Positions 49,586 to 59,236 of a stretch of DNA of 64,000 nucleotides are shown here, one piece after another. Position 1 is the stretch's first letter; the number at the start of each line of letters is the position of its first letter. The position numbers and the translations under genes are program-made. This stretch comes from Nitrospirota bacterium (GTDB lineage Bacteria; Nitrospirota; Nitrospiria; Nitrospirales; Nitrospiraceae). The notes below the pieces were generated by a model. The model worked only from the letters and a program-made list of their open reading frames with translations. It was not told the DNA's origin and did no database searches. The stretch is from the NCBI GenBank assembly GCA_963701855.1, contig CAVPBK010000006.1:544001-608000 (forward strand), given 5' to 3'.

Positions 49586-52500
49586 ATGTGGCTGACCCTC
49601 CTTGCACTTCGCAACCGCATCGGCATCCTGATGCTGTCCTTGGCCATGGTGATCCTGGGCGCTACCTCCGTGCAGCGGCTACCGGTCGATCTCTTTCCAC
49701 AAATTCAAGTGCCCGTCGCTTTCGTCGGCGTCATCTATAAAGGCGCGCCGCCGCTCGACATCGAACAGAGCGTCGTCTATCCCATCGAGAAAGCCGTCAG
49801 TTCTGCGTCGAACGTCGAGCATGTCGAGTCGTTTGCAAAGCAGGGCATCGGTGCCGTGCAGATCTGGTTCAACTGGGGTGCGGACATTAACGTCGGTCAG
49901 ATGGAGGTGATGCAACGCGTCACCCAAATTCTCAACAGCCTCCCGCCCGGCATTTTGCAACCCTTCATCGTCAAATTTGACGTCTCCAATATCCCTGTCT
50001 CCCTCGTGACGGTCTCCAGCGACGATCTGGACGAACGAGCCTTGTACGATCTGGCCTCGAATACGATTGCGCCACAGATTGAACAGATTGCCAACGTCGC
50101 CGCTGCCACAGTGGAAGGTGGGAAGATCCGTCAAATCAACATCAACCTTGACCCAGCGCTGTTGAACGCTCGAAGCCTGTCAATCCTCGACGTCGTCAAA
50201 TCCGTGAAGGCCGCCAACCTCATCCTTCCCTCGGGCGACATCAAAGCCGGCAATCTGGACTACAACGTGTTCACCAATAATCAGTTCCGCTCGGTCGACC
50301 CGATTCAGGACGTGATCGTGAAGGTCAACCAGCAGGGCAGCCCCGTGCGTGTACGGGATGTCGGAACCGTGACCGACTCGTCGGACATTCAGACCAACAT
50401 CGTCAGGACGGATGGGGCCAGGGCCGTCTATCTTCGGGTGAACAAACAGCCCATCGCTAACACTGTGGAGGTGGTGGATGCGCTGCGCAATGTTCTGCCG
50501 AAACTGGTCGGCATTCCGCCCAGCGTGAAAGTCGGGATTTCCTTCGATCAATCGGTCTATATCCGCCAATCGATCAGCAACCTCGTCGAACAGGCGCTGC
50601 ACGGATCGTTGCTGGCTGCAGCGGTCATCTTGATTTTTCTCCGCAGCTTTACGAGCACGCTGATCATCTCGGTCGCCATTCCTCTCTCGATCATGGTGAC
50701 CTTCATCGTGTTGTACTTTTCCGGGCAAACTCTCAACGTGTTCACTCTGGGAGGCTTGGCCCTTGGGATCGGCCGGCTCGTCGACGATTCCATCGTAGAG
50801 CTCGAAAACATTCAACGCCACCTCAACACTTCGCCCCACCGCTGGAACGCCATCCTGGAAGCGGCCCGCGAAGTGGCGATGCCCATTCTCGCCTCGACGG
50901 TCACCACGGTCGTCGTCTTCCTCCCAATTTTCTTCGTCGCCGGGATTGCCCGCTTGCTCCTGATTCCCCTGACTATCACGATTGCAATCTCGCTGTTCAC
51001 CTCCTTCTTCGTCTCCCGCACGGTCACTCCTGCACTCTGCTACAGATTCCTCAAGCCGGAACAGGAGTCTCACCGTTCGATGCCTGCATGGTTCGTGCGC
51101 TTGATGGATTGGAGTCGCGGACGATATGAGTCGTTAGATAAAGGCTACGAAGAATCGCTCCGTTGGGTCTTGGCTCATCGCTGGCGTTTCATCATCGGCA
51201 TTCTGCTCCTCTTCGCCGCTTCGCTCGCGCTGGCGTCCAAAATCGGCACGGAGTTTTTACCGGTGTCGGATGAAAGCCAGTTCCGTATCGTCCTGCGCGG
51301 GCCGGTCGGTCAGCGAGTGGAAAAGACTGAGCAGCAAGTGGCCGAGGTCGAACGGGTACTACGGGCACAGATCCCCGCAGAGGAATTGGAAACGATCGTC
51401 TCCAGTACCGGCGTGCTGGCCCAGGGCCGTTCCTCTTTATTCAATCCGAATACCGGCCCCCATACGTCGAGCATCTCCGTCCATCTCGTCACGCCGGACA
51501 AACGGACACGAAACCAAGTGCAAATCATGAACGACGTAAGACCCAAAGTCCTCAAACTCTTTCCGGGCGTCGCGATGTTTTTCGATCCAGGCGGCCTCAT
51601 CAAACGAGTCACCAGTTTTGGGTCGCAGAAGTCCGTCGACGTAGAGATCTACGGGTACGATTTCGAGCAGGCGCGTGGAGTTATCCGGCAGGTCGAAAGC
51701 ATAATGCACCAAGTCCCGGGCCTGGCCGACATCGAAGTCAGCCGCGAGGAAAACTATCCCGAGGTCAACGTAGTGGTGGATCGTGAAAAGGCAGCGCTCC
51801 TCGGCATCAGTGAAACGGACGTCGCCAGCGCCGTGCTGTTCTCACTCAACGGCAACGGCCCAACCGATCCGATCATCTATACCGACCCCCAAAATGGGAA
51901 CGAATACTACATCAGCGCCTGGCTCGCGGAAGAACACAGAAAAGATTTCACAGACCTCGAAAATATTATTTTGACCGCACGAACAGGGGAGCCGGTTCTT
52001 CTGAAAAATGTTGCCTCACTCAAGCTCAATGCGGGTCCGGTCAAGATCGACCGCAAGTACTTTCAGCGGGTAGTCCATGTGACCGCCAACCCTGTGGACC
52101 GGGATCTGGGCGCCGTCGCTGCCGACCTGGAAGCAGCCATTGCCAAGATTCAACTCCCCACCGGCTTCAGCATCCGGTTAGCCGGGCAGATTCAACAACA
52201 GCGGGAAACATTTGAGGGGCTGTTGTTTGCGACGGTTCTGGCACTGGTTCTCGTCTACATGGTGATGGCTGCGCAGTTTAAATCGCTGATCGACCCCTTC
52301 GTGATCATGTTTTCCGTCCCGATGGGCTTCCCCGGCGTGATTCTGATTCTCTTCCTGACCGATACCACCCTCTCCACCACGTCGATGATGGGTATCATCA
52401 TGATGTTGGGCATCGTGGTCTCAAACGGCGTCCTGCTGGTCGATTATACGAACGTGCTGCGCCGGCGAGGGCGGGAGTTGCACGACGCGGCGGTCACCGC

Positions 52501-52765
52501 CGCGCGGACGCGACTCCGGCCCATTCTGATGACCTCCCTTGCTACCGTGTTGGGGCTGCTCCCCATGGCCATCGGCTGGGGAACCGGCGGTGAAACGAAC
52601 GCTCCTTTAGCGCGCGCGGTCGTTGGAGGACTCAGCTTCTCAACGATCCTTACACTCTTTCTCATCCCCACAATCTACGTGATCTTAGAGGAACGCTTTC
52701 CCCGCCATGCGGAGAAAGCGCCACAGGATGTGGACTGGATACCGGCCGAGCCAGCTAGTCGATAG
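49586..52765 (+). CDS. RND efflux permease (AcrB/AcrD/AcrF family)
   Basis: LPVDLFPQI, GRLVDDSIVELENI, RLRPILMT; 1059 aa. Confidence 0.95.
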   Translation: MWLTLLALRNRIGILMLSLAMVILGATSVQRLPVDLFPQIQVPVAFVGVIYKGAPPLDIEQSVVYPIEKAVSSASNVEHVESFAKQGIGAVQIWFNWGADINVGQMEVMQRVTQILNSLPPGILQPFIVKFDVSNIPVSLVTVSSDDLDERALYDLASNTIAPQIEQIANVAAATVEGGKIRQININLDPALLNARSLSILDVVKSVKAANLILPSGDIKAGNLDYNVFTNNQFRSVDPIQDVIVKVNQQGSPVRVRDVGTVTDSSDIQTNIVRTDGARAVYLRVNKQPIANTVEVVDALRNVLPKLVGIPPSVKVGISFDQSVYIRQSISNLVEQALHGSLLAAAVILIFLRSFTSTLIISVAIPLSIMVTFIVLYFSGQTLNVFTLGGLALGIGRLVDDSIVELENIQRHLNTSPHRWNAILEAAREVAMPILASTVTTVVVFLPIFFVAGIARLLLIPLTITIAISLFTSFFVSRTVTPALCYRFLKPEQESHRSMPAWFVRLMDWSRGRYESLDKGYEESLRWVLAHRWRFIIGILLLFAASLALASKIGTEFLPVSDESQFRIVLRGPVGQRVEKTEQQVAEVERVLRAQIPAEELETIVSSTGVLAQGRSSLFNPNTGPHTSSISVHLVTPDKRTRNQVQIMNDVRPKVLKLFPGVAMFFDPGGLIKRVTSFGSQKSVDVEIYGYDFEQARGVIRQVESIMHQVPGLADIEVSREENYPEVNVVVDREKAALLGISETDVASAVLFSLNGNGPTDPIIYTDPQNGNEYYISAWLAEEHRKDFTDLENIILTARTGEPVLLKNVASLKLNAGPVKIDRKYFQRVVHVTANPVDRDLGAVAADLEAAIAKIQLPTGFSIRLAGQIQQQRETFEGLLFATVLALVLVYMVMAAQFKSLIDPFVIMFSVPMGFPGVILILFLTDTTLSTTSMMGIIMMLGIVVSNGVLLVDYTNVLRRRGRELHDAAVTAARTRLRPILMTSLATVLGLLPMAIGWGTGGETNAPLARAVVGGLSFSTILTLFLIPTIYVILEERFPRHAEKAPQDVDWIPAEPASR

Positions 52766-52865
52766 CAGGGTACCGAGAAGGCTGAGGTTGAGGCTGGATG
52801 AAAAATGGTCTCGGTCTTCGCTCAACCTCGACCTCAACCTTGGCCTGCTGAGCGAAACCGACCGG

Positions 52866-53198
52866 TTACCCGACAGTTGGAAAGAGCGCCCTCAATTGCA
52901 TTGCCAAACCGATGTCCCCGCTGATCTTGAGCCGGCCCGACATGGCGACAGAGGTCCCACTCAACTGGCCCTTCAAAATCTTGATGCAATCTTCGCCTGC
53001 CATCGAAAGCACAACGTGAGGGTCTGCATGCAGCCCCTCTGCAATCTGACAGGCCCCCTCCCGGATCGTGAGAATATACTGCCCGCCCTGTGCGCCGCTC
53101 AGATCGAACTGATAGACCGCATCAAGATCTTCGGCCGCATCTGAATCGAGCTGATCCGGGAGAAGCTGAAAAAACTCTTTGACGGTGGTGGGATTCAT
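52866..53198 (-). CDS. SCP2 sterol/lipid-binding domain protein
   Basis: YQFDLSG..GG.Y, AMSGRLKISGDIGLAMQL. Confidence 0.9.
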   Translation of the reverse strand: MNPTTVKEFFQLLPDQLDSDAAEDLDAVYQFDLSGAQGGQYILTIREGACQIAEGLHADPHVVLSMAGEDCIKILKGQLSGTSVAMSGRLKISGDIGLAMQLRALFPTVG

Positions 53199-53219
53199 AG
53201 CTCGTGAGAAGGCGCTTTA

Positions 53220-53371
53220 GCAGAATGCTGAAAAAGTCCACCAGTATATTAAGACCGTTATTTGGCTTGTTTGGTTTGTCTCGTTTGTTTAGTTGAACCA
53301 GAGAAACCAGATAGACCAGACATGAGGACCATCGAATGTTAGCCTGCCACAATGGTCTTCCCGCAGCCTGC
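53220..53371. repeat. Family A ends enclosing an inverted 9-mer array
   Basis: GCAGAATGCTGAAAAAG end; reverse complement resembles 58571-58759. Confidence 0.7.
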
Positions 53372-53417
53372 TCGGAATGAGACCGGAGGCCGCGGCATCG
53401 CGGCCCCCGGTCACTTC

Positions 53418-53858
53418 CTAGTATCGGAGCGTAACCGTCGCGGTACTGCGACGCGCGCCGAAAAAGTCTTTGGAGAAGGTCTCAACGACGGCAGGGTCAT
53501 AGCCCTTGCAGCTGAAAATGTCGAGATAGGCGTTGTTCGTATCGTTCGCAAAATGGCCGCTGATCAACGAGGTCGAGATCAGCTGCACCATGGAATAGCC
53601 GGCCACGCGGCCTGAGCCGAAATCGACGACCTGGCACTCGCCAAAACGCTTCATGTCGATGAGCTCGCACAGCTCGACAACATAGCGACGGATATGATCG
53701 GCATTTCGAATCAGGTCGGGATGACAATCTTGAAGATCGAGGGCGGTACAGAGTCCCCACGCCTTCCCTTCACCCACCATCTCCTGGGGGGCAATGGAAG
53801 CAGCTACTGGGGACTCGGTTGGAAAGATTGCGGACTCGGAGTCAGCTGGGCTACTCAT
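53418..53858 (-). CDS. speD: S-adenosylmethionine decarboxylase proenzyme-like (pyruvoyl)
   Basis: DLQDC, GYSMVQLISTSLISGHF, YLDIFSCK. Confidence 0.8.
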   Translation of the reverse strand: MSSPADSESAIFPTESPVAASIAPQEMVGEGKAWGLCTALDLQDCHPDLIRNADHIRRYVVELCELIDMKRFGECQVVDFGSGRVAGYSMVQLISTSLISGHFANDTNNAYLDIFSCKGYDPAVVETFSKDFFGARRSTATVTLRY

Positions 53859-54037
53859 AGATGTTATACACCTTTCTGTTAGGAGGGTGAAAAACCGTGA
53901 CGGTCAACAGTTATTTCGGACTATATCACGAAATTTTTCACGTGAGTGAGAATGGAGAAACTTTTTTTCACACCGAGGCGTTCCGGAGCCACTCGATCGA
54001 TTGACAAGGCTCTCGGCAGTCGGAGAGAATACTTCCC

Positions 54038-54235
54038 ATGGCTGATGTCACTCCATCAACCCCGAACCTGACTCCACCCGCAGCCGACTCCCCCGATCGC
54101 CTCTGCACTTGGTGCCAGGTGGCGATGAAGAAGCGGCTCGTCGGCGGCAAGCAGTTCGTCCACTATACCTGCCCGAAGTGCATCTTTCAGCACACCACCA
54201 GACTCGGCCCAAAACCACCCAGCCCCGCACACTAA
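54038..54235 (+). CDS. Small CxxC/CxxC zinc-ribbon protein
   Basis: CTWCQVAM...YTCPKC; TTGACA promoter just upstream. Confidence 0.6.
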   Translation: MADVTPSTPNLTPPAADSPDRLCTWCQVAMKKRLVGGKQFVHYTCPKCIFQHTTRLGPKPPSPAH

Positions 54236-54240
54236 CCCGG

Positions 54241-54340
54241 TCTGTCTGGTTGATCTGGTTTGCTTTGTTTATCCGGTTGATTTGGTTCATCTGGTTAGCT
54301 TAGATCAACCGAAAACCCGACAAACCAAATGAACAAGACC
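54241..54340. repeat. Inverted array of degenerate 9-mers (family B)
   Basis: (T(C/T)TGGTTNA)n followed by (AACCAGA-like)n. Confidence 0.75.
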
Positions 54341-54342
54341 GG

Positions 54343-54666
54343 CTACCGGCGAGAAAAACTGGTCTGTACGTGATCGTCAAGGATATGGGCCAGTCGCTCC
54401 CTCTCCTCCGGGCTGATCGATGTAATCTTCGCTCCAAACTTAGGGGAACGCACGTGGACGACTTGCAACCCGCAGACTAAGGTTCTCCCTTGCTCTAACT
54501 CAATTGTGAGTTGGAGCGCATCACCGCTCTTCACGAACAAGCGGCTTTCAATCCGGACACCAGTCTCGCTGACATCCAGAACTTTGCACGGCGCTGAAAG
54601 TGCCCCCCGCTGCAGACGGCCCGCCCGGCTTACCTCAACCCGTGACCCTTTTCGCTTGAATCCCAC
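54343..54666 (-). CDS. Stand-alone PilZ domain protein
   Basis: RKGSR and DVSETG. Confidence 0.82.
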   Translation of the reverse strand: MGFKRKGSRVEVSRAGRLQRGALSAPCKVLDVSETGVRIESRLFVKSGDALQLTIELEQGRTLVCGLQVVHVRSPKFGAKITSISPEERERLAHILDDHVQTSFSRR

Positions 54667-54736
54667 GACTCCAGCCTCCTGTTTTCGACATCATACGCAA
54701 GAGGCGCACAATGCCAAAGGAAAATGCCAAATAGCG

Positions 54737-55099
54737 CTACAGCCGTTGGCCTACAAGGGCACGCACCTGCTCCATGCGCTTGCGATTAACGCCCAAATCG
54801 CCGTATCCGGTGCGGGAAGCGGAACGGAAATGGATGGTCTTGGTCTCGTCGTCGAACAGAAATTCGACATCGTCAACGAAGCGAAGCAGTAGACTGGTGG
54901 CCTCGTAGTGAAGATAGATCTCGTCTTCCTCGACGAGTTGCATGCGGGGCAAGGAATGGATGGCTTCCTTGAGTGCCTCCTTCGCCTCTGCCCGCGATTT
55001 GCGATAGTGAATGGGCGCAATCGCATGGCCCTCGTCCTGGGCCTGGGTCGAGACGCAGTTAGGGCTAGAGGGGCAGGGTCCTAAGGTACGAGGATTCAT
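54737..55099 (-). CDS. DUF1499 family protein
   Basis: CPSSPNCVST, RFVDDVEF, RSASRTGYGDLGVNRKR. Confidence 0.9.
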   Translation of the reverse strand: MNPRTLGPCPSSPNCVSTQAQDEGHAIAPIHYRKSRAEAKEALKEAIHSLPRMQLVEEDEIYLHYEATSLLLRFVDDVEFLFDDETKTIHFRSASRTGYGDLGVNRKRMEQVRALVGQRL

Positions 55100-55117
55100 G
55101 TGCCGCCAGTTAACGCC

Positions 55118-55473
55118 TTACGAGGGACGGGTGCTCACAATGTCGCGCAACCAGATCTCACAAATCAACACCGCGTCGGAAGAAATGAGGTTCGGGAGGC
55201 CTAGTCGCGATAGGCCAAGTGCGGGCTGATGCGCACCTTCCCATAACCGCCAACTTTCATGCCCATCAAGGCATACTCGACACCGGCCATTATCTGGCGG
55301 CTCCCGAGCAGGGCCTTGTGGTCGACAAAGGTGACGCCTCCTTCGACTCGAATCATGTCTTTGGGAAGGTGTTCCACCCGTTTCGCATTCAGCGGAACCT
55401 CGTCGCCTTTGTTCGCAGGCGTCCCTTCGCCTTTTCGCTCCTCAAGCAGCTTGAGACCACTAAGGCGTTTCAT
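55118..55473 (-). pseudogene. Frameshifted FKBP-type peptidyl-prolyl isomerase
   Basis: GVEYALMGMKVGG..ISPHLAYRD* continues in another frame as GLPNLISSDAVLICEIWL. Confidence 0.75.
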
Positions 55474-55477
55474 GGTA

Positions 55478-56587
55478 TTAGTACAAGAACGTTCTGGCCA
55501 TGGCTCCTGTCTCTCCCCGCTCAGCCACCTCAACAGACACTTGCCCGATCACTCGACCGTCTTCGGTTTCGACATCGACGCGCCAGTCTCCGGGATCGAG
55601 CCGCTGCTTGAACGTGTAGGCCCGATAGCCGCCTTCGCGGCCACCGGCAATCTTGATTGGAATCTTGTCGGCATGGGTAAAGGGTTTGCCATCGTTCGGG
55701 CGGAAGTACCAGTGATGATAGATGGTCGTGTTCAGCGCGACCGGGGCAAAGACCGCTGTGAAGCAGTAGATCGGCTCGTTGGCCGGGAAGATGTCATCCG
55801 ATCGTTTCCAGATTTGATACCACTGTCTCTCAAACGAGAGTTCGAACCGATCTCCGGTCTTCTTCACCTCATGGTAAACCCCGCCGAACTTCAGTGCGAG
55901 CGGCACAGGCGGAATCCAATTCAGGAAATAAAACCCGACGAGCAGACCAATGAGCGTGAAGGCAGGGACCGTGACCCCGATCGCCTCGCGTTTCGAACGA
56001 TCCGGATTGTTGCGATAGACTAATTGGACCACGCGGAATGTCACGACCGCGCTCAGGACGGCTCCGACCAGGAAGACCGTCGCATTCATGTACCCGGTCA
56101 TGACCGGGAGAAAAAACGTGAAAAAGGCGAAGCACACCAGTGCGTAGAGGCTTATGAGGAGGCGCAAGCTGGAGAGTCGATCGCGTAGAAATTCGTTGCC
56201 GACCAACAGCACGATCAACAGAGCAAAAAAGATTGCCGTGCTGGTGAGTGTGGCGCTACGGGAATAGAAAATCGCATAAGCGCTGAACAACCCGCCCAAG
56301 AGAAACTGCACAGCCATTGGATAGAAGGGCCTTACACGCAACACCCAACGCACGAAGGGTGAGAAGGTGGCCAACTGTTCCCGCTCCGGTGCGGGCTCGA
56401 TCCCCAACCGCCCGGTCAGCACGATGAGCACACCCAAGAGAAGTAGATAGATCAGCAGCAAGAGGTTGTCTTGCAGTCGATCGATCCGGGTGAGTGTCAG
56501 CGTGTCATAGGTCACACCGGAAAAAAAGAACACCGGCGGCATGAAGGGCTTGCCCAAAATGGTTCTGAGTGCAGAGGAAGGGGACAT
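55478..56587 (-). CDS. Membrane protein with C-terminal DUF2914-like domain
   Basis: TM helices; FTAVFAP..IYHHW..GGREGGYRAYT..GDWRVDVETEDGR. Confidence 0.8.
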   Translation of the reverse strand: MSPSSALRTILGKPFMPPVFFFSGVTYDTLTLTRIDRLQDNLLLLIYLLLLGVLIVLTGRLGIEPAPEREQLATFSPFVRWVLRVRPFYPMAVQFLLGGLFSAYAIFYSRSATLTSTAIFFALLIVLLVGNEFLRDRLSSLRLLISLYALVCFAFFTFFLPVMTGYMNATVFLVGAVLSAVVTFRVVQLVYRNNPDRSKREAIGVTVPAFTLIGLLVGFYFLNWIPPVPLALKFGGVYHEVKKTGDRFELSFERQWYQIWKRSDDIFPANEPIYCFTAVFAPVALNTTIYHHWYFRPNDGKPFTHADKIPIKIAGGREGGYRAYTFKQRLDPGDWRVDVETEDGRVIGQVSVEVAERGETGAMARTFLY

Positions 56588-56674
56588 GAGTCCTAAACTT
56601 CAGGATATTCGTAGGATTGTCAAATGAAGGAGCGAAAGCGGACGGCTCAAAACGATCTCGTTTTCAGCCGTCCG

Positions 56675-57736
56675 CTAAACGAAAGGAGGAAGAGGCGCAT
56701 ACACCACCCCATGCCCAATCACCCGTTCCAACCAGGAGATCATCAGATCTTCGTGAAGCGGGGCTCGGTTCAGGCGGGCCTCAATGTGAAATCCCGTCTC
56801 GTTGCCGAAGATCCCGATGATAGCGGAGGCATCCTCCCCATCTGGAAGCAGTTCCTGAGTTTGAAACTCACAGAGAGTGCTGTAGAGGCGGCCGTCGGGT
56901 TCGATTGCAGATCGAATCTCCGGCAAGTCATCGAGCGGACAATGGACCGAACAGCGATACACGGAGCGGGCGATAGGTTCAATCGCTTGAAAGTTATCAA
57001 GCGCTTCCTCTGAAAAGCCCGTCAGGTAGGCTCGGATGCCGGCTGGTTCCGATACAGAAGTCGCGGCCAATTTACTGGCCGGCACTAGGAACTCGTAGGC
57101 GTCTGCCGTGTTGTATTCAAACTGACAGGGCCCAAAGGCATCGGGCCAGGAGCAGAAGAAGGGTACGGAGGGATCGACCTGGCGCAACATGAGATGCTGC
57201 TTCTCAACCAATGTCTCGATTGGAAGCTCCAACAGCGTGATCGCTTCGAGAAACGCCGTGCGCCGTTCCTCCAGCCACTGTGCCCGTTCGGCATCGCCCC
57301 GCATCTCGCCGGGAGTGATGACCTCTTTCGTCTGGAGCCGTACACGGATAAACGAATGGGCGTGGCGAAATCCCAGCCAGAACATGCTGCGAGGGTCGTG
57401 CAGCCGCAAGGGATCGCGAATGCGCCAGGGATGGCTGATCGAGCAGTAGGTGCCCACATCCTGATAGCGCTGGTAAACAGTATGGTAGGCCCCGGCCAGG
57501 AGAAAAAAATCTCCCCGCCATCCCTCTCGGATGTGGATCAGGGTCGCATCTTCCGTAGACCACGCATCCAGTTGATCAAAATCTTCAGGAGACTCGACCG
57601 TCCATTCTTCGACGTAACAGATGACGTCCTTCGCGGGCACCGCCGGCTTCAACCCCAACGCAGCCAGCCGGTCGCCCACGGCGAGCACCTGACCGAAGGT
57701 CAGCGGGGTCGTCGTTTCCCAACGACGTTCACGCAC
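56675..57736 (-). CDS. Hypothetical protein
   Basis: 353-aa ORF with normal composition, co-oriented with neighbours; no family recognised. Confidence 0.75.
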   Translation of the reverse strand: MRERRWETTTPLTFGQVLAVGDRLAALGLKPAVPAKDVICYVEEWTVESPEDFDQLDAWSTEDATLIHIREGWRGDFFLLAGAYHTVYQRYQDVGTYCSISHPWRIRDPLRLHDPRSMFWLGFRHAHSFIRVRLQTKEVITPGEMRGDAERAQWLEERRTAFLEAITLLELPIETLVEKQHLMLRQVDPSVPFFCSWPDAFGPCQFEYNTADAYEFLVPASKLAATSVSEPAGIRAYLTGFSEEALDNFQAIEPIARSVYRCSVHCPLDDLPEIRSAIEPDGRLYSTLCEFQTQELLPDGEDASAIIGIFGNETGFHIEARLNRAPLHEDLMISWLERVIGHGVVYAPLPPFV

Positions 57737-57762
57737 GGTGGGTCATCTCTTCCCCCAGCCCA

Positions 57763-58419
57763 TCAACGTGCCGGTCGCAACGCCTTGTGCTCGATCGTCG
57801 TATCGGCGAGGTACCGATCGATACCGTCCTTCAGGGTCGCCGCCAGTAACTCTTGCACATCTTCCTCGCTGAACCAGACGACGGTATCCCGTTGTGCTCC
57901 CTCGACACCTCTGATCGTCAAGCTCTGGTCGCTGATGTTCCTCGCGGAGATCACCAGCTTGCTGCTTGTGTTTACCACGGTCGAGAAGAGTCGGCTCCTG
58001 GCGTTGGCTGAAAAATCGAGCAGTTGCCCGCTGATGACGATGTCGGCATCGTTCAGATTCGTCACGTCCCCGCTGGAAACCGCCCGCACCGTCCAGGCCC
58101 GATCTTTCCATCCGCGCGTTTTCAGACGATCCACAAGGGCCTGGGTAATTACGTCTCCTGGTCGCTCACCCGCCACATTGAAATAGGTCACCCCACCCCA
58201 CAAATGGGTCCGCAGACCGAGCCGATTCTTCTCCAGTCGCCGATCCTCGAAGGACTCGATGACGATCCTGACTGGTTCCGGCTCCATGAATTGCGCCGCC
58301 GCCTGTTTTTGGTGAAGATCCAGATAGAACGTTTTCCCGGTGCCCCCGCAGCCCGCGCCCAGCAGCAGACTTGCCGTCAGCACGATACCGATGCACAGTC
58401 GTCCCCTTGTCTGTTTCAC
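57763..58419 (-). CDS. Lipoprotein (YajG-like)
   Basis: Lipobox GAGC, FEDRR motif; AGGAGG RBS. Confidence 0.75.
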   Translation of the reverse strand: MKQTRGRLCIGIVLTASLLLGAGCGGTGKTFYLDLHQKQAAAQFMEPEPVRIVIESFEDRRLEKNRLGLRTHLWGGVTYFNVAGERPGDVITQALVDRLKTRGWKDRAWTVRAVSSGDVTNLNDADIVISGQLLDFSANARSRLFSTVVNTSSKLVISARNISDQSLTIRGVEGAQRDTVVWFSEEDVQELLAATLKDGIDRYLADTTIEHKALRPAR

Positions 58420-58570
58420 GATATCATCCTCCTTGCGATTGGCCGCACCGCCGTTCAGGCGGACTCAGTGTACCCAAGTTGATGATCAGAGACAAATAAT
58501 AACCCGCAGGTACCGGGGAAGGGCTCTCCCATTGACCAAATCCTAGACCGGGGGCTAATATCGCTCCTAC

Positions 58571-58759
58571 GTAGACGGCGAAAAATTATTGTGCCACGCG
58601 AGAACTTCGATGGTTTGCACGTGTGGCACAAGCTTGGTTTGTCTGGTTCATCTGGTTGATTTGGGTCATCTGGTTAGTTCCGTTCAACCAAAAAACAAGG
58701 CAGACCAGACAAACCAAACAACTATCTTCATATGCTGGAGGCCTTTTTCAGCATCCTGC
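58571..58759. repeat. Family A end with an inverted 9-mer array
   Basis: TCTGGTT 9-mers, ending CTTTTTCAGCATCCTGC. Confidence 0.75.
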
Positions 58760-58787
58760 CAGATCAACTCAATTCCACGGAGGAAGT

Positions 58788-59087
58788 ATGGCCGATGTCC
58801 CTGATGTCTATGCCGATCAATTTCAGCTCAACCTTGGGCCGCTTGGGTGCACGCTGAACTTTCAAGTCTCCGGAGCCAATCCGGTGGCCCCAGGTTCTCC
58901 GCCGCCGATTGAACGTGTGGCCACTATTCGACTGAGCCTACAGCACTTAAAAGCCATGGCGTTCATTTTGCACAAACAAATAGTGGGGTACGAGGCCCAG
59001 GCTCAGCTCTCCACTGGTCTTCCGGTCGATGTGCTTCGAGCGCTGCAAATTCGGCAAGAAGACTGGGAGGCCTTCTGGCGGCCCTAA
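58788..59087 (+). CDS. Hypothetical protein (DUF3467-like)
   Basis: GGAGG RBS; PDVYADQF...VATIRLSLQHLKAM. Confidence 0.7.
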   Translation: MADVPDVYADQFQLNLGPLGCTLNFQVSGANPVAPGSPPPIERVATIRLSLQHLKAMAFILHKQIVGYEAQAQLSTGLPVDVLRALQIRQEDWEAFWRP

Positions 59088-59236
59088 CCCACATTATTCA
59101 TGAACGTTTCTACCCCCATCGCGGATGCCTGACTCAAGCAATACGGGCAAGACTGGCTGAAAAGGCGCGACAGACAAGGACAGGGCTCACACGTCACGCG
59201 AGTCTCACTCCTCGCGCTTGTCGCGCGGCGATATTC

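Noticed and set aside
57194..58186. 330-aa plus-strand ORF
   Set aside because: Antisense to two better-supported minus-strand genes.
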